Of a stretch of DNA of 64,000 bases, positions 8,693 to 22,349 are shown one piece after another. This DNA comes from an uncultured Planctomycetales bacterium (lineage in GTDB: Bacteria > Omnitrophota > Gorgyraeia > Zapsychrales > JBDRMG01), in the NCBI GenBank assembly GCA_964478715.1, contig CAYZIY010000002.1:35179-99178 (forward strand), given 5' to 3'. The position numbers and the translations under genes were made by a program. Positions within the stretch are counted from its first letter, which is position 1. The number at the start of each line of letters is the position of its first letter. Under the pieces are notes generated by a model. It searched no databases. It was not told the DNA's origin and worked only from the letters and a program-made list of their open reading frames with translations.

Positions 8693-11600
8693 ATGAATAA
8701 AATCAAAATCAAGGACTTCAGCAAGATTGTCGATAAATTTCCTTTACCCGGACTTCTTGAAGTTCAAACTGAATCCTATGAGCAATTTTTGCAAAAAGAC
8801 TCTGATCCGGACAAGCGCATGGATCAGGGAATTCAGGAAGTTTTTCAGGAAGTCTTTCCGCTGGAAAGCTATGATGGCCAAATACGCTTGGAATACTTAA
8901 GTTATGCGCTGGGCAAAGAAAAGTATTCCCGAATGGAATGCCAGAGAAGAGGGATGACTTATTCGGCTCCTTTGAAAGTCAAACTCAGACTTATAACACC
9001 CATTGACATTAAAGAACAGGAAGTCTATTTTGGGGAATTCCCTTTGATGACGGAAACAGGGACGTTTATTATTAATGGGGATGAGCGTGTTGTCGTAGCC
9101 CAAATTCAGAGGTCTCCGGGTGTTTCCTTTGAGGAAGAACTGCATCCGACCGGTAAAAGTATTTACTATGGACGGATTATTCCTTCGAGAGGGGCTTGGT
9201 TTGAAATTAAGTATGATTTGAATGATATCCTGATTGCCTATGTTGATCGTCGACGGAATTTCCCTGCCTCCCAGATTTTACGCATCATGGGACTTTCGAG
9301 CGAAGAAGATATGCGCAAGCTTTTCGGCGATCATTTCGAAAAAATCAAGCCAACCTTGGAGAAGGATCACACCCACTCCAAAGAAGAGGCCCTGCTTGAT
9401 TTTTACAGAAAAATGAGACCCACAGAACCGGCAACAGTGGAAGTTGCCGATTCTTTATTTTTCCGCCTTTTTTTTGACCCCAAGCGTTATGATTTAAGTA
9501 AGGTTGGGCGCTATATCATTAATCGCAAGCTAAAAACCACAACACCTTTAGAAAATCGCATTCTTGATATCTCAACCATTGTCGAAGTGATGCGCTATCT
9601 GATCAATTTAAGAGAAGGCAGTGGAGAAATTGACGATATTGATCACTTGGGTAACAGGAGAGTAAAAACGGTCGGAGAGTTAGTTCAAAATCAAGTACGT
9701 ATTGGATTGGCCAGATTAGAGCGTTCTATTAAGGAAAGACTCGTGATCATGAGCAGCTTTGAAAATTTAACCGCTCATCATCTGATTAATTCTCGCCTTT
9801 TTTCTAATCAGATTCAAGATTTCTTTGCCCGCAGTCAGTTATCGCAGTTTATGGATCAAGTTAATCCTATGGCTGAAATGACCCATAAAAGAAGAATCAG
9901 CGCTATCGGTCCGGGCGGTCTCTCGCGCGAGCGAGCAGGATTTGAAGTTCGCGATGTTCACCCGACTCACTATGGTCGTGTCTGTCCCATCGAAACTCCC
10001 GAAGGTCCCAACATCGGCTTGATCGCTTCTTTGACAACTTGCGCGCGCGTCAATCCTTTTGGTTTTATCGAAACGCCTTATCGCCTAGTGCAGGACGGAA
10101 AGGTAACGAAAAAAATCGAATTTCTAACTGCAGATGTCGATCAGGAGAAGTATATTGCCCAGTCGGATGCTCCCATGGATGATGGGGGACAACTAATCGA
10201 AAAACAAGTTTTGTGCCGATTTAAAACAGATTTTCCAAAAATCAAGCCATCTAAAGTGGATTATATGGATGTCAGCCCGAAACAGTTGGTTTCCGTGGCC
10301 GCTTCCTTAATTCCCTTTTTGGAGCATGATGATGCCAATCGGGCTCTGATGGGATCTAATATGCAGCGCCAAGCCGTTCCTTTGATGGAAACGGAAGCGC
10401 CTTATGTAGGTACGGGTATGGAAGGAAAGGTTGCCGAGGATTCAGGTGTTGTTGTGATCGCGAAAGAATCTGGAAAAGTTACTAAAGTTGATGCCCGTGA
10501 GATTATTATTAACAAAACGGTTTATTCGCTTAAAAATTTTATGAGAACCAATGCGAACACTTGCATTAATCAGAAGCCAATTGTGGAATTAGGTGAAACT
10601 GTACAGGCGGGGCAGGTGATTGCGGATGGAATTGCGACAAAATTCGGCCGCATGGCCTTGGGACGAAATGTTTTAGTCGCTTTTATGCCATGGCGCGGGT
10701 ACAATTTTGAAGACGCTATTCTTATCAGCGAGAAAATTGTGCGCGAAGATTGTTATACATCCATCCACGTAGAGAAATTCGAAGTCGAGGCCAGAGAAAC
10801 CCGTTTGGGTAATGAGGAAGTTACTCGCGATATTCCCAATGTGGGCGAAGATGCGCTTAGGGATCTCACCGAAGAGGGAATCGTTCGAATTGGAGCAGAG
10901 GTAAAAGCGGGTGACATTCTTGTCGGAAAGGTTACTCCCAAAAGCGAAAAAGAACTTTCCCCGGAAGAGCGACTTTTAAGAGCTATTTTTGGAGAGAAGG
11001 CCGCAGATATTCGCGATACTTCATTAACACTTTCTCCGGGTATCGAAGGCGTTGTTGTTAATGTCGAGCTTTTTCAGAGAACAGAACGGGGCAGAAAATC
11101 AAAAGTGGACAAAGCCAAAGAACAGAATGCGATAAAGAAAATCAAAGAATATTACAAGCAGGAAATGGCTTTTATAGAAGACGAAAAGCAAAAACGAATT
11201 TGTCAAATACTTAACATTGACAAGAAAAAACTTGAGAAGCTTTCTGTATCGGATATTACTAATGATGATGAGGCTCGTGAGGCTTTGGATTTCTTTTCCG
11301 ATAAGATCACAGAGTTGTCGGAAGAGCAGGATCAGGAAATCGACCGCGTCAAGCGAGGCGACGAGCTCCCGGCAGGTGTACTTAAGCGTGTCGTTGTTTA
11401 TGTGGCGACAAAGAGAAAACTTTCCGAGGGAGATAAGATGGCCGGGCGACATGGAAACAAAGGTGTTGTTTCTCGCATTCTTCCGGAAGAGGATATGCCG
11501 TTTTTGGAAGACGGCATATCCGTTGATATCGTCCTCAACCCTCTGGGTGTTCCCAGCCGAATGAACGTCGGACAGCTTTTGGAAACTCATTTAGGTTGGG

Positions 11601-12166
11601 CAGCCAAAGTGCTGGGTTTTCATGCAGAGACGCCGGTTTTTAACGGAATACGGGAACTGGAAATAAGAGAGCTGTTGAAGCAAGCTAATCTGCCAGACGA
11701 TGGAAAGGCCATTGTTTTTGATGGGCATACCGGGCAGCCTTTTGATCAAAAAGTGACTGTTGGCTATATTTATATGATGAAATTGAATCACCTCGTTGAT
11801 GAAAAAATACATGCTCGTTCAATCGGTCCTTATTCATTGGTAACCCAGCAGCCTTTGGGGGGTAAAGCGCATTTTGGAGGACAGAGATTCGGCGAGATGG
11901 AGGTTTGGGCGCTCGAGGCCTACGGGGCTGCTTACACGCTTCAGGAAATGCTTACTGTTAAAAGCGATGATGTTCAGGGGCGCAGTCGTATTTATGAGGC
12001 GATTGTTAAAGGGGAACAAAAACTTTCGCCTGGAACCCCTGAATCTTTTAATGTTTTAATGAAGGAACTTCAAGGGCTTTGTCTGGATGTTCGCGTGGAA
12101 ATCAAGGGAGATGGAAAAGCGGAAGGTAAAGAAAGCAAAAATAGAAAGGAAGATAAGACCATATGA
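8693..12166 (+). CDS. rpoB: RNA polymerase beta subunit
   Basis: [39 protein letters not shown]. Confidence 0.99.
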   Translation: MNKIKIKDFSKIVDKFPLPGLLEVQTESYEQFLQKDSDPDKRMDQGIQEVFQEVFPLESYDGQIRLEYLSYALGKEKYSRMECQRRGMTYSAPLKVKLRLITPIDIKEQEVYFGEFPLMTETGTFIINGDERVVVAQIQRSPGVSFEEELHPTGKSIYYGRIIPSRGAWFEIKYDLNDILIAYVDRRRNFPASQILRIMGLSSEEDMRKLFGDHFEKIKPTLEKDHTHSKEEALLDFYRKMRPTEPATVEVADSLFFRLFFDPKRYDLSKVGRYIINRKLKTTTPLENRILDISTIVEVMRYLINLREGSGEIDDIDHLGNRRVKTVGELVQNQVRIGLARLERSIKERLVIMSSFENLTAHHLINSRLFSNQIQDFFARSQLSQFMDQVNPMAEMTHKRRISAIGPGGLSRERAGFEVRDVHPTHYGRVCPIETPEGPNIGLIASLTTCARVNPFGFIETPYRLVQDGKVTKKIEFLTADVDQEKYIAQSDAPMDDGGQLIEKQVLCRFKTDFPKIKPSKVDYMDVSPKQLVSVAASLIPFLEHDDANRALMGSNMQRQAVPLMETEAPYVGTGMEGKVAEDSGVVVIAKESGKVTKVDAREIIINKTVYSLKNFMRTNANTCINQKPIVELGETVQAGQVIADGIATKFGRMALGRNVLVAFMPWRGYNFEDAILISEKIVREDCYTSIHVEKFEVEARETRLGNEEVTRDIPNVGEDALRDLTEEGIVRIGAEVKAGDILVGKVTPKSEKELSPEERLLRAIFGEKAADIRDTSLTLSPGIEGVVVNVELFQRTERGRKSKVDKAKEQNAIKKIKEYYKQEMAFIEDEKQKRICQILNIDKKKLEKLSVSDITNDDEAREALDFFSDKITELSEEQDQEIDRVKRGDELPAGVLKRVVVYVATKRKLSEGDKMAGRHGNKGVVSRILPEEDMPFLEDGISVDIVLNPLGVPSRMNVGQLLETHLGWAAKVLGFHAETPVFNGIRELEIRELLKQANLPDDGKAIVFDGHTGQPFDQKVTVGYIYMMKLNHLVDEKIHARSIGPYSLVTQQPLGGKAHFGGQRFGEMEVWALEAYGAAYTLQEMLTVKSDDVQGRSRIYEAIVKGEQKLSPGTPESFNVLMKELQGLCLDVRVEIKGDGKAEGKESKNRKEDKTI

Positions 12167-15100
12167 GCGAATTTAAGGATTACGATGGAATTTCCATCAG
12201 GATCGCTTCACCACAAGTGATTCGTTCTTGGTCACAAGGTGTTGTTAAGAAAGCGGAAACGCTTAATTACCGAACCTTAAAACCTGAAAAGGACGGTCTA
12301 TTTTGCGAGAGGATATTTGGTCCTGTACGCGATTGGGAGTGTAATTGCGGCAAATATAAAGGAATTAAATTTAAAGGAATCATCTGCGATAGATGTGGTG
12401 TTATTGTGACGCGTTCTTCGGTTCGCAGAGAACGGATGGGGCATATCGAACTAGCCGCTCCGGTAACACACATTTGGTTCTACAAAGCCGTTCCCAGTCG
12501 ACTGTCAGCCCTGTTGCAAATTACTTTACGCGAACTCGAAAAAATTATTTATTACGAAGAATATATTGTTATCGATTCCGGCGAAACGTCTTTGAAAAAG
12601 AAGCAGCTTCTCACGGAAGACGAATATCAAGACGCGCTTGTTAAGTTTGGCGGGGCTTTTAAGGCAAAAATTGGAGCCGAAGCAGTCAGAGAGCTTTTAC
12701 GCGAATTAGATTTAGACAATCTCTGTAAAAAGTTACGTAAGGATTTAGAGAAGGCCAATCCTTCAGGAACTAATGCTAAAAAGATATCGAAAATGTTAAA
12801 AGTGACAGAGGATTTTAAGAGTTCCGGCAACCTGGCCGAGTGGATGATTTTGGAGGCTTTACCGGTTATCCCACCTGACTTAAGGCCGCTCGTCCCCCTG
12901 GAAGGAGGACGTTTTGCGACCTCCGACTTGAATGATCTCTATCGGCGTGTCATCAACAGGAATAATAGGTTGAAAAAGCTTATGGATCTTAAAGCTCCCG
13001 AGATCATTATTCGCAATGAAAAACGGATGCTGCAGGAATCGGTTGACGCTCTTTTGGATAATGGACGGCATGGACGTCCTGTCTTGGGAAGCGGTAATCG
13101 ACCGCTGAAGTCTTTGTCTGATATGCTTAAAGGAAAGCAGGGTCGCTTTCGCATGAATTTATTGGGTAAGCGTGTGGATTATTCCGGTCGCTCGGTGATC
13201 GTTGTTGGTCCGGAGCTAAAAATTCATCAGTGCGGCTTACCTAAAAAGATGGCTCTTGAACTTTTTGAGCCGTTTATCATTCGAAAGCTACGCGAAAAAG
13301 GTTTTGTTCATACGATTAAAGGCGCTAAGCGAATGGTTGAGCGGGCGAAGATTGAGGTTTGGGATATTCTGGATGAAGTGATTTGCGATCATCCAATCAT
13401 GCTCAATCGTGCCCCAACTTTGCACCGCTTAAGTATTCAATCCTTTCAGCCTATTCTTATTGAAGGAAAAGCCATTAAGCTACATCCTTTGGTTTGCGCG
13501 GCTTTCAATGCAGATTTTGACGGGGATCAAATGGCCGTTCATGTTCCGCTTTCATTGGAGGCTCAGATAGAGTGCCGTATCGAATTATTGGCGATGAATA
13601 ATATATTCTCACCGGCAGACGGAAGACCTGTTGTCACCCCCTCCCAAGATGTTGTTCTGGGTCTTTATTATTTAACCAAAGATAAGCTTGCCGGAAAAGG
13701 CCAGGGATTAACATTTGCTAACTCTGAAGAAGTACTCATTGCCTTTAATGATCACTTGATCGATCTGCATTCCCGGATTAAATTCAAATGGGACGGAACG
13801 ATTTGGGGAGAAGAAAAGCCCTCTCTTATTATTTCTCAACAGGATATGTTGGAAGGCGAAAAGAAAAAAGAGAAGGATGAAGAAAAGTATAGAAAAATTC
13901 CAACTATCGAAACGACGGCCGGGCGAGTGATGCTCAATCAATTACTCCCCAAAGGTTTCGGTTTTGTTAACGAGACACTTAACAAGAAGAAAATAGGAGC
14001 CGTGATTTCAGATTGTTATAAACGTTACAGCCAGCACCAGACTATTCTGTTGCTGGATGAATTTAAGGATCTCGGTTTTTCAATGGCGACATTGGCAGGG
14101 ATTTCCATTAGCATTGCCGATTTGACAATTCCTCCGGAGAAAAAGGAATTAATCAAAAATTCTCGCGCAGAAATCGCTAAGGTCGAAGATCAATATCGCA
14201 AAGGCGTGATTACAGGTCGGGAACGATATAACAAGATTATCGATGTCTGGACGCATGCCACCGAGTCATTGTCGGATCTTGTTTTTAAGAAAATGGATGA
14301 ATTTAATCCCGTATTTATTATGGCTGATTCCGGAGCCCGAGGTTCCCGACTGCAAATCCGGCAGCTTTCGGGGATGAGAGGGCTGATGGCCAAGCCATCA
14401 GGCGAAATTATCGAGAATCCGATCACGGCCAGTTTTCGCGAAGGGCTTTCGGTTTTGGAATATTTTATTTCGACGCACGGGGCCCGTAAAGGTTTGGCTG
14501 ATACCGCCTTGAAAACGGCTGATGCCGGCTATTTGACCCGGCGTTTGGTTGATGTTGCTCAAGAGATCGTTATCACGGAAGAAGATTGCGGAACGCTTAA
14601 CGGTATTACTGTTTCAGCAATTATTGAAGGAGATGAGGTTGTAGTCAGCCTCAAAGAACGTATCGTTGGACGTGTTGCGCTGGATAATATTGTTGATGTT
14701 ATTACAGACCAGTTGGTTGTCGAATCGGGTGAGCAGATTACGGAAGAGAAAGCCGAAATGATCGAACAGTTGGGTATAGAGAAAGTAAGAATACGCAGTG
14801 TTTTGACATGTGAGTCTGATCTTGGTGTTTGCATCAAATGTTACGGAAGGAATCTTGCCACACAGAGACTAGTGGAAATCGGAGAGGCCGTAGGTATTAT
14901 TGCTGCTCAGAGCATTGGTGAACCCGGAACTCAGTTGACGATGCGGACATTCCACATCGGCGGAACAGCGTCTCGGGCAGTTGAGCAGTCCTTTATCCGA
15001 TCGAAGAATAAAGGTTTGGTTAAATATCATAAATTACGAGTTGTAGAAAGAGAAAAACAATATGTCGTATTAAACCGAAACGGATCTATCAGCATCAACG

Positions 15101-16269
15101 ATGAGCTCGGCCGAGAATACGAACGGCACCAATTACCGCAGGGTGCCACAATATCGTATGTAGATGGATCTGCGATCAATGAGGGTGTTGTTTTTGTCAC
15201 TTGGGATCCCTATACCATTCCTATTATTTCTGAAGTGAAAGGGATTGTGAATTTTGAGGATTTGAAAGAAGATGTCACCGTCAGACAGGAACAGAACACG
15301 GTAACTGGAATTGTTGAGCGCGTAGTTGTTGAGCATAAGCAGGAATTTCATCCACAGATAATTGTAACCGATGAGAGAAAAGAAGTCTTGGGTATCTACT
15401 CCATTCCTGTTGGTGCTCATATTCTGGTCAAAGATAAACAAAATGTGGGAGCCGGTGAATTGTTGGCCAAAATTCCACGGGGTGTTCAGAAAACCAGGGA
15501 TATCACTGGGGGTTTGCCCAGGGTAGCTGAGCTTTTTGAGGCCCGTCGCCCAAAGGATCCGGCTGTGATCAGTGAAATAGACGGTTTTGTTGAATTCGGT
15601 GAAGACCAGAAGGGACGACGTAAGATTATTATACGTTCAACAACAGAAATGATCAAAGAATACATTATTCCTCATGGCAAACATCCGAATGTGTATAAAG
15701 GCGATCGTGTTTTTGCCGGACAACAATTAACTGACGGTCCGGTCGTTCCACATGACATTCTAAGGGTTTGCGGCGATAAAATTCTTCAGGAATATCTGCT
15801 CAATGAAATTCAGGAGGTTTACCGGCTTCAAGGGGTAAGGATTAACGATAAACATATTGAACTTATTATTTCCCAAATGCTCAAGAAAGTTAAAATCGAA
15901 GAATCCGGTGATACAGACTTCCTGGTCGGAGAACAGGTAGACCGTTCAATCTTTAATCGGGTTAACCAGGAAGTGATCAAAAAGAAGAAAAAACCCGCTT
16001 CGGCAACTCCTCTTTTATTGGGGATAACCAAGGTAAGCCTGACAACAGAGAGCTTTATTTCTGCTGCTTCGTTTCAAGAAACAACAAGAGTCTTGACAGA
16101 AGCCGCCGCTTCTGGTAAAAGAGACAGTTTACGTGGCTTAAAAGAAAATGTTATTGTAGGACATTTGATTCCCGCGGGAACGGGTTTCGCAAAATATAAA
16201 AACGTAGAAATGGTGAAATATGCCGACGATATCACAACTGATCAGGAAGAGAAGAAGACAAAAGCATAA
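12163..16269 (+). CDS. rpoC: RNA polymerase beta' subunit
   Basis: NADFDGDQM catalytic motif, Zn finger, [13 protein letters not shown]. Confidence 0.99.
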   Translation: MSEFKDYDGISIRIASPQVIRSWSQGVVKKAETLNYRTLKPEKDGLFCERIFGPVRDWECNCGKYKGIKFKGIICDRCGVIVTRSSVRRERMGHIELAAPVTHIWFYKAVPSRLSALLQITLRELEKIIYYEEYIVIDSGETSLKKKQLLTEDEYQDALVKFGGAFKAKIGAEAVRELLRELDLDNLCKKLRKDLEKANPSGTNAKKISKMLKVTEDFKSSGNLAEWMILEALPVIPPDLRPLVPLEGGRFATSDLNDLYRRVINRNNRLKKLMDLKAPEIIIRNEKRMLQESVDALLDNGRHGRPVLGSGNRPLKSLSDMLKGKQGRFRMNLLGKRVDYSGRSVIVVGPELKIHQCGLPKKMALELFEPFIIRKLREKGFVHTIKGAKRMVERAKIEVWDILDEVICDHPIMLNRAPTLHRLSIQSFQPILIEGKAIKLHPLVCAAFNADFDGDQMAVHVPLSLEAQIECRIELLAMNNIFSPADGRPVVTPSQDVVLGLYYLTKDKLAGKGQGLTFANSEEVLIAFNDHLIDLHSRIKFKWDGTIWGEEKPSLIISQQDMLEGEKKKEKDEEKYRKIPTIETTAGRVMLNQLLPKGFGFVNETLNKKKIGAVISDCYKRYSQHQTILLLDEFKDLGFSMATLAGISISIADLTIPPEKKELIKNSRAEIAKVEDQYRKGVITGRERYNKIIDVWTHATESLSDLVFKKMDEFNPVFIMADSGARGSRLQIRQLSGMRGLMAKPSGEIIENPITASFREGLSVLEYFISTHGARKGLADTALKTADAGYLTRRLVDVAQEIVITEEDCGTLNGITVSAIIEGDEVVVSLKERIVGRVALDNIVDVITDQLVVESGEQITEEKAEMIEQLGIEKVRIRSVLTCESDLGVCIKCYGRNLATQRLVEIGEAVGIIAAQSIGEPGTQLTMRTFHIGGTASRAVEQSFIRSKNKGLVKYHKLRVVEREKQYVVLNRNGSISINDELGREYERHQLPQGATISYVDGSAINEGVVFVTWDPYTIPIISEVKGIVNFEDLKEDVTVRQEQNTVTGIVERVVVEHKQEFHPQIIVTDERKEVLGIYSIPVGAHILVKDKQNVGAGELLAKIPRGVQKTRDITGGLPRVAELFEARRPKDPAVISEIDGFVEFGEDQKGRRKIIIRSTTEMIKEYIIPHGKHPNVYKGDRVFAGQQLTDGPVVPHDILRVCGDKILQEYLLNEIQEVYRLQGVRINDKHIELIISQMLKKVKIEESGDTDFLVGEQVDRSIFNRVNQEVIKKKKKPASATPLLLGITKVSLTTESFISAASFQETTRVLTEAAASGKRDSLRGLKENVIVGHLIPAGTGFAKYKNVEMVKYADDITTDQEEKKTKA

Positions 16270-16591
16270 AAAGGGGAAGTCGCCCGCATTGACTAATTGT
16301 CCGCAAAGACGCGGCGTATGTCTGCAGGTGAAAACCATGACTCCCAAAAAACCAAATTCGGCTTTAAGAAAAATTGCCAGGGTCAGATTGACAAACCGTT
16401 ACGAAGTCACATCCTATATTCCTGGTGAAGGACATAATCTTCAGGAGCACTCAATTGTTTTGGTGCGCGGAGGACGTGTTAAGGATCTTCCCGGAGTTCG
16501 CTATCATATTGTGAGAGGAACACTAGATACTGCCGGGGTGGCCAATAGAAAGAAATCACGTTCAAAATACGGAACGAAGAAAGAAAAATAG
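16220..16591 (+). CDS. rpsL: 30S ribosomal protein S12
   Basis: [20 protein letters not shown]; overlaps rpoC by 50 nt. Confidence 0.98.
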   Translation: MPTISQLIRKRRRQKHKKGKSPALTNCPQRRGVCLQVKTMTPKKPNSALRKIARVRLTNRYEVTSYIPGEGHNLQEHSIVLVRGGRVKDLPGVRYHIVRGTLDTAGVANRKKSRSKYGTKKEK

Positions 16592-16593
16592 AT

Positions 16594-17064
16594 ATGAGAA
16601 GACATGCCGCAGATAAAAAGGAAGTTCTTCCGGATAAAAAGTACGATAGTCCGCTGGTTTCTCGTTTTATCAATGTCATAATGACTCAAGGAAAGAAATC
16701 TAAAGCGGAAAGTATTGTTTATGGAGCTTTTGAAATAATTAAAGAAAAAGCCAGTGAAGAAGATGCGGTGAAAGCCTTTTACAAGGCGATTGATAATGTC
16801 CGACCTCGCATTGAAGTCAAGCCTCGCCGAGTCGGCGGAGCTACTTATCAGATTCCTATGGAGGTAGAAGGTAATCGGGGTAATTCTATCGCGATGCGCT
16901 GGATCAGGGATTTTGCCCTGGCCAAAAAAGGTAAACCGATGAAGCAAAAACTGGCCGATGAGCTTTTCTTAGCCTATAAGGCCGAAGGTCCAGCTATTAA
17001 AAAACGGGATGATTTGCATAAAATGGCGGAGTCTAATAAGGCCTTCGCTCATTTAAGATGGTAG
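16594..17064 (+). CDS. rpsG: 30S ribosomal protein S7
   Basis: [21 protein letters not shown]. Confidence 0.98.
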   Translation: MRRHAADKKEVLPDKKYDSPLVSRFINVIMTQGKKSKAESIVYGAFEIIKEKASEEDAVKAFYKAIDNVRPRIEVKPRRVGGATYQIPMEVEGNRGNSIAMRWIRDFALAKKGKPMKQKLADELFLAYKAEGPAIKKRDDLHKMAESNKAFAHLRW

Positions 17065-17069
17065 GAGTT

Positions 17070-19169
17070 ATGGCAACGAAGGTACCATTAGAAAAAGTTA
17101 GAAATATCGGCATTGTAGCTCATATTGATGCCGGTAAGACCACAACGACTGAGCGTGTCCTTTTCTATACAGGTGTCATTCACCGTCTGGGAACTGTGGA
17201 TGAAGGAACGGCTACAATGGACTGGATGGCTCAGGAGCAGGAGAGGGGTATTACCATTACGTCTGCTAATACAACGGTTCAGTGGCAGGGTTATCGTATC
17301 AATATCATTGATACGCCTGGACATGTTGATTTTACTGTTGAGGTTGAAAGGTCTTTGAAAGTCTTAGATGGAGCGGTAGTTGTTGTGTGTGCGTGTTCCG
17401 GTGTTGAGCCGCAAACGGAAACAGTCTGGCGCCAAGCAGATCGCTATAATGTACCCCGTATTGCTTTCATTAATAAAATGGACCGCATGGGAGCTGATTT
17501 CTATTCTGTCATTGACCAAATGCATGAGCGACTAGGTGCCAATGCGGCAGCGATTCAGATTCCGGTTGGCGCAGAAGATAAATTTGAAGGAATTATTGAT
17601 TTAATCCGCGAGCAGTTCATTACTTATGAAGATGAACAGGGAATTAAGAGAAAAAAGCTGGATGTCCCCAATGATTATAAGGAAAAGGTGGCGGAATATA
17701 GGAAAATCTTAATTGAGAAATTAGCTGATTATGACCATAGGATATTGGAAAAATATATTGATGGCCAAGAAGTTAGCACGGAAGATATCATGTATGCTAT
17801 TCGCATTGGCGTTGTGAAAAATCAATTTATTCCGGTTTTATGCGGCACGGCTCTTAAGAATAAGGGTATTCAGATGGTCGTCGACGCTGTTTGCGACTAT
17901 CTTCCTTCTCCTTTAGAAGTTCCTCCTGTTAGCGGCATTCATCCCAAAACAGAAGAATACACTGAACGCCTGCCCGATGAAAAGCAACCATCGAGCGCCT
18001 TAACATTTAAAGTAGCCACAGATCCCTATGTTGGTAAGCTATTCTATGCTCGTGTTTATTCTGGAAAGATTAAAAGCGGAGAACAGATCTATAATGCCAC
18101 ACGACGCTGCAAAGAGAGGATTTCAAAAATTGTTATGATGCATTCCAACAAGCAGGAAATTATCGAAGAAGCCGGTCCTGGGCAGATTGTGGCTTTGGTC
18201 GGGCTCAAAGAGACGAAGTCCGGAGATACTCTCTGCAGCGAACATGCTCCCTTGATTATTGAGAGTATGAAGATTCCGGAACCGGTTGTCTCTATGGCTA
18301 TTGAGCCTAAAACGAAAGCCGACCAAGATAAGTTGGGTATGGTTTTAAGAAAATTTCTGGATGAGGATCCCTCATTGACTGTCAAATACGATACAGAAAC
18401 CGGAGAGACTATTCTTTCCGGCATGGGCGAACTTCATTTGGAAATCATAATTGATCGCATGAAAAGGGAATTTAATTTGGATACAAAGGTTGGACGTCCG
18501 CAAGTATCTTATCATGAAACGATTATGTCCAAGGTCAAGGGAATTGAAGGTAAATTTATTTCTCAGACCGGTGGTCGCGGGCAGTATGGTCATGTCATTA
18601 TTGATGTGGAGCCAACTGAGGAGCGTGGAAAAGGTATTATTTTCGAAGATAAGATCAGAGGCGGGGCCATTCCCCGGGAATTTATCCGTAGCGTTGAGAA
18701 GGGTATTAATTCTGGTGCCAACATAGGTATTTTAGCCGGTTATCCTGTTACGGATATCCACGTAACTTTGGTTGATGGTTCTTATCATGAGGTTGACTCC
18801 AGCGATATTGCTTTCCAATTGGCCGCAAAGACAGCTTTGCAGGGTGCTTTGAGAAAAGGAAAAAGTGTTTTTCTCGAACCCATTATGGATATAGAAGTTA
18901 CCGTTCCCGAAGAATTTATGGGCACTGTGATCGGAGATCTTAATACCCGTCGGGCAAAGATTGTGGCTATGGGAACTAGAGGAAAACTAAAAACTGCTCG
19001 TTGCGAAGTGCCATTGGCTGAAATGTTTAATTATGCTAATGCTCTGCGATCGCTATCGCAGGGTCGTGCCAATTTTTCAATGGAACCAGCGTTTTATGCC
19101 GCTGTTCCTCATCATATAGCAGAGAAGATTATTGGACAAAGAACGGCTACTGCTGGAGAGAAAAGATAA
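17070..19169 (+). CDS. fusA: Elongation factor G
   Basis: [26 protein letters not shown]; ATG 17070 after AGGAG. Confidence 0.98.
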   Translation: MATKVPLEKVRNIGIVAHIDAGKTTTTERVLFYTGVIHRLGTVDEGTATMDWMAQEQERGITITSANTTVQWQGYRINIIDTPGHVDFTVEVERSLKVLDGAVVVVCACSGVEPQTETVWRQADRYNVPRIAFINKMDRMGADFYSVIDQMHERLGANAAAIQIPVGAEDKFEGIIDLIREQFITYEDEQGIKRKKLDVPNDYKEKVAEYRKILIEKLADYDHRILEKYIDGQEVSTEDIMYAIRIGVVKNQFIPVLCGTALKNKGIQMVVDAVCDYLPSPLEVPPVSGIHPKTEEYTERLPDEKQPSSALTFKVATDPYVGKLFYARVYSGKIKSGEQIYNATRRCKERISKIVMMHSNKQEIIEEAGPGQIVALVGLKETKSGDTLCSEHAPLIIESMKIPEPVVSMAIEPKTKADQDKLGMVLRKFLDEDPSLTVKYDTETGETILSGMGELHLEIIIDRMKREFNLDTKVGRPQVSYHETIMSKVKGIEGKFISQTGGRGQYGHVIIDVEPTEERGKGIIFEDKIRGGAIPREFIRSVEKGINSGANIGILAGYPVTDIHVTLVDGSYHEVDSSDIAFQLAAKTALQGALRKGKSVFLEPIMDIEVTVPEEFMGTVIGDLNTRRAKIVAMGTRGKLKTARCEVPLAEMFNYANALRSLSQGRANFSMEPAFYAAVPHHIAEKIIGQRTATAGEKR

Positions 19170-19206
19170 AAGGAAATAAGCTAACCGGAAAAGGGAGGGT
19201 GAGTTT

Positions 19207-20400
19207 ATGGCTAAGGAAAAATTTGTAAGAAGCAAACCGCATTTGAATATTGGAACCATCGGGCATGTCGATCACGGGAAAACAACATTATCTGCTGCGA
19301 TTACGACAATCTTATCCAAGCAGGGATTGGCAACGGCTCGAACATTCGATTCCATCGATAATGCTCCGGAAGAAAAAGAAAGGGGCGTTACTATCAATAT
19401 CGCCCATCTGGAGTATGAGACTGAAAAACGTCACTATGCCCACATTGATTGTCCCGGACATGCTGACTATATTAAAAATATGATCACCGGTGCCGCTCAG
19501 ATGGATGGGGCTATTCTTGTTGTTTCAGCGGCTGACGGTCCAATGCCTCAGACGCGCGAGCATATTCTTTTGGCCCGCCAGGTAAACGTTCCTCAAATCG
19601 TTGTTTATCTTAATAAATGCGATCAAGTGGAGGATAAAGAGCTTCTTGAATTGGTCGAACTTGAGGTTCGCGATCTTCTCAGTAAATATAAATTTGACGG
19701 TGAAAAAACACCCATCATCAAAGGAAGCGCTCTGGATGCATTGAACAACATTGATGATCCGGAAAAAACAAAGTCTATCGTGGAGCTGATGAAAGCCGTC
19801 GATGAATATATTCCTGCTCCTACTCGAGAGCTGGATAAGCCTTTCTTGATGGCCGTTGAAGATATTTTTTCAATCTCTGGACGCGGAACAGTGGCTACCG
19901 GTCGTATTGAGCGCGGTGTTGTCAAGGTTGGCGAAGAGGTTGAAATCGTGGGATTAAAGCCAGAAACTAGCAAAACCGTTATTACCGGTGTTGAAATGTT
20001 CCGTAAGGAACTGGATGAAGGGCAAGCCGGTGATAATGTTGGTTTGCTTCTGCGCGGTGTCGATAAAGAGGCCATCGAAAGAGGCATGGTTTTGGCAAAG
20101 ACCGGTTCAATTACACCCCATACAAAGTTTAAGTCAAGAGTTTATGTTTTGACTAAGGAAGAGGGTGGCCGTCATACGCCGTTTTTCAAGGGTTATCGTC
20201 CGCAGTTTTATTTTCGGACAACAGACGTTACAGGAACAGCTGAATTACCTGAAGGTGTGGAAATGTGTATGCCGGGTGATAATGTCGAATTAACGGTTGA
20301 GCTGATCGTTCCTGTGGCTATGGAAAAAGAACTTCGCTTTGCAATCCGAGAAGGCGGTCGAACCGTCGGAGCGGGTGTGATCAGCGAAGTCATTAAGTAA
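19207..20400 (+). CDS. tuf: Elongation factor Tu
   Basis: [21 protein letters not shown]. Confidence 0.99.
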   Translation: MAKEKFVRSKPHLNIGTIGHVDHGKTTLSAAITTILSKQGLATARTFDSIDNAPEEKERGVTINIAHLEYETEKRHYAHIDCPGHADYIKNMITGAAQMDGAILVVSAADGPMPQTREHILLARQVNVPQIVVYLNKCDQVEDKELLELVELEVRDLLSKYKFDGEKTPIIKGSALDALNNIDDPEKTKSIVELMKAVDEYIPAPTRELDKPFLMAVEDIFSISGRGTVATGRIERGVVKVGEEVEIVGLKPETSKTVITGVEMFRKELDEGQAGDNVGLLLRGVDKEAIERGMVLAKTGSITPHTKFKSRVYVLTKEEGGRHTPFFKGYRPQFYFRTTDVTGTAELPEGVEMCMPGDNVELTVELIVPVAMEKELRFAIREGGRTVGAGVISEVIK

Positions 20401-20414
20401 AAGCACAAATACTA

Positions 20415-20726
20415 ATGGCACAATTACAAAAAATTAGGATTAAATTAAAAGCATATGATCATCGGTTGATTGATCAATCGTCACAGGAAATTGTTGACAC
20501 AGCAATGCGAACAGGAGCTCGTGTTTCCGGACCTATTCCTCTTCCGACCAAAAAAGAGCTCTATACCGTATTAAGATCACCGGTGATTGATAAGAAATCT
20601 CGCGAGCAATTCCGGTTAGCGACACATAAGCGCCTCATTGATCTTTTTGAGCCAACGGCTAAAACCGTTGAGGCGCTTCGTAAGCTTAATCTTCCGGCCG
20701 GAGTCGATGTGGAAATTAAGCAGTAA
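20415..20726 (+). CDS. rpsJ: 30S ribosomal protein S10
   Basis: [22 protein letters not shown]. Confidence 0.98.
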   Translation: MAQLQKIRIKLKAYDHRLIDQSSQEIVDTAMRTGARVSGPIPLPTKKELYTVLRSPVIDKKSREQFRLATHKRLIDLFEPTAKTVEALRKLNLPAGVDVEIKQ

Positions 20727-20735
20727 GGGTAAACT

Positions 20736-21449
20736 ATGGTCTCAGGTCTTGTTGCCAAGAAAATAGGGATGACTCAAATCTTCGATAAGGAAGGGAATAT
20801 TATTCCTGTTACAGCTCTTGAGGTGGGACCTTGTGTTATTTTGGAACTTAAAGAGTCACCCTTAAAGGCAAAACTTGGATTTGAAACTACTAAGGAAAGC
20901 AAGCTTAAGAAGCCGCAGATCGGGTTTTTCAAGAAAATAAAAGTCAATCCGATGCGTATCATTAAGGAAGTTCCCAGTGCAGACAACAGCGACTTGAAGG
21001 TAGGTCAAGAGCTCAAAGCAGATCTTTTTCGACCCGGGGACTATGTAGATGTGAGGGGAACATCTGTAGGTAAGGGTTTTCAAGGAGGCATGAAGCGCTG
21101 GCATTGGAGTGGTGGGCCCAAGGGGCACGGCTCAATGCATCACAGGCGTGTTGGATCCATCGGTGCCAGTGCGGATCCCAGTCGGACATTTAGGGGTACA
21201 CATATGCCTGGCCACATGGGAAATCAAACAGTAACCGTGCAAAATCTAAGAGTGATGGCTGTTGATTCTGAAAATAATCTTGTCCTGGTGCAGGGTTGTG
21301 TCCCGGGTCATCGGTATGCTTATCTGACGATCAGAATTTCGAAGAAAAAGAAATTCAAGTCTCTGGATGAGAAAGCTGTTGTCCATAAGAAATCAAGAAA
21401 CCCCTTAAAGCAAAGCAAGACCAAGGCTAGGGGTAAAGGGAAAAAATAG
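20736..21449 (+). CDS. rplC: 50S ribosomal protein L3
   Basis: KKIGMTQ, GKGFQG, MPGHMG; Lys-rich C-terminal tail. Confidence 0.97.
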   Translation: MVSGLVAKKIGMTQIFDKEGNIIPVTALEVGPCVILELKESPLKAKLGFETTKESKLKKPQIGFFKKIKVNPMRIIKEVPSADNSDLKVGQELKADLFRPGDYVDVRGTSVGKGFQGGMKRWHWSGGPKGHGSMHHRRVGSIGASADPSRTFRGTHMPGHMGNQTVTVQNLRVMAVDSENNLVLVQGCVPGHRYAYLTIRISKKKKFKSLDEKAVVHKKSRNPLKQSKTKARGKGKK

Positions 21450-21450
21450 A

Positions 21451-22074
21451 ATGGCTGCGATAGATATCTACAATAAAGATGGCAAGAAAATTGAAAGCAT
21501 TGATTTGCCTGAAAATCTAATAAAGGGGCGTGTCAATGAGCAGCTGATTCATCAGGTCATTGTTATGTATCTGGCAAATGACCGCCAAGGAACAGCATCG
21601 ACGAAAGAACGAGGGGCTGTCTCCGGTGGTGGTGCGAAGCCTTATCGCCAGAAAGGAACAGGCAGAGCCCGTGTCGGTTCCAACAGAAATCCTATCTGGC
21701 GAGGTGGCGGGACTGTTTTTGGTCCAACACCTCGTGATTTTCGTTGCAAAATTTCAAAAAAGATGAGATTAGGAGCTCTGCGCGAGAGCTTAAAGGCTAA
21801 ACTTCAGTCTGATAGTGTATATTGCATTGATGAAATAAATTTGCAGTCTGAAAAAACAAAAGATTTTTCCAGGATGCTGGATAAGCTTAAGCTGTCGTCA
21901 AAGACACTTGGCCTTATTGATGACAATGAGAAAATGATCAATCGAGTCTCTCGAAATATTTCTCTTTTTCGATCTTTAAGCGTAACAGACGTTAACGCTT
22001 ATGATATGTTGACGCATAAAAAGATTCTTATAACAAAATCAGCATTGAAAAATTTAATGAAACGTGTCAAATGA
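21451..22074 (+). CDS. rplD: 50S ribosomal protein L4
   Basis: [20 protein letters not shown]. Confidence 0.97.
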   Translation: MAAIDIYNKDGKKIESIDLPENLIKGRVNEQLIHQVIVMYLANDRQGTASTKERGAVSGGGAKPYRQKGTGRARVGSNRNPIWRGGGTVFGPTPRDFRCKISKKMRLGALRESLKAKLQSDSVYCIDEINLQSEKTKDFSRMLDKLKLSSKTLGLIDDNEKMINRVSRNISLFRSLSVTDVNAYDMLTHKKILITKSALKNLMKRVK

Positions 22075-22349
22075 TTACTTGCTACGATATTATTGAAACA
22101 TTAATTCGGACCGAGAAAGGAACAACACTTGAACCTTTAAGAAAATATCTTTTTCGGGTAAATCGCAAGGCAACAAAAATTGCTATTAAAAATGCCGTTG
22201 AAGAGATTTATAGCGTAAAAGTACTTGATGTCAATACGGTTATTGTGCCCGGCAAAAAGAAGCGGGTTCGTCAGGAGTTGGGCCATACTGCAGACTGGAA
22301 AAAGGCAATTGTGACTCTTAGAGAAGGTCATGAAATTAAGGTGACATAA
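22071..22349 (+). CDS. rplW: 50S ribosomal protein L23
   Basis: [14 protein letters not shown]. Confidence 0.96.
   Translation: MITCYDIIETLIRTEKGTTLEPLRKYLFRVNRKATKIAIKNAVEEIYSVKVLDVNTVIVPGKKKRVRQELGHTADWKKAIVTLREGHEIKVT

Noticed and set aside
9810-9920. Rifampicin-resistance-type RpoB
   Set aside because: Key Q513, D516, H526 and S531 equivalents are retained; other differences look lineage-typical.
19623-20087. Long antisense ORFs opposite tuf (similarly 11099-11590, 16504-16947, 25841-26422, 53263-53712)
   Set aside because: Lie opposite conserved genes and have no recognisable motifs; expected from codon bias.
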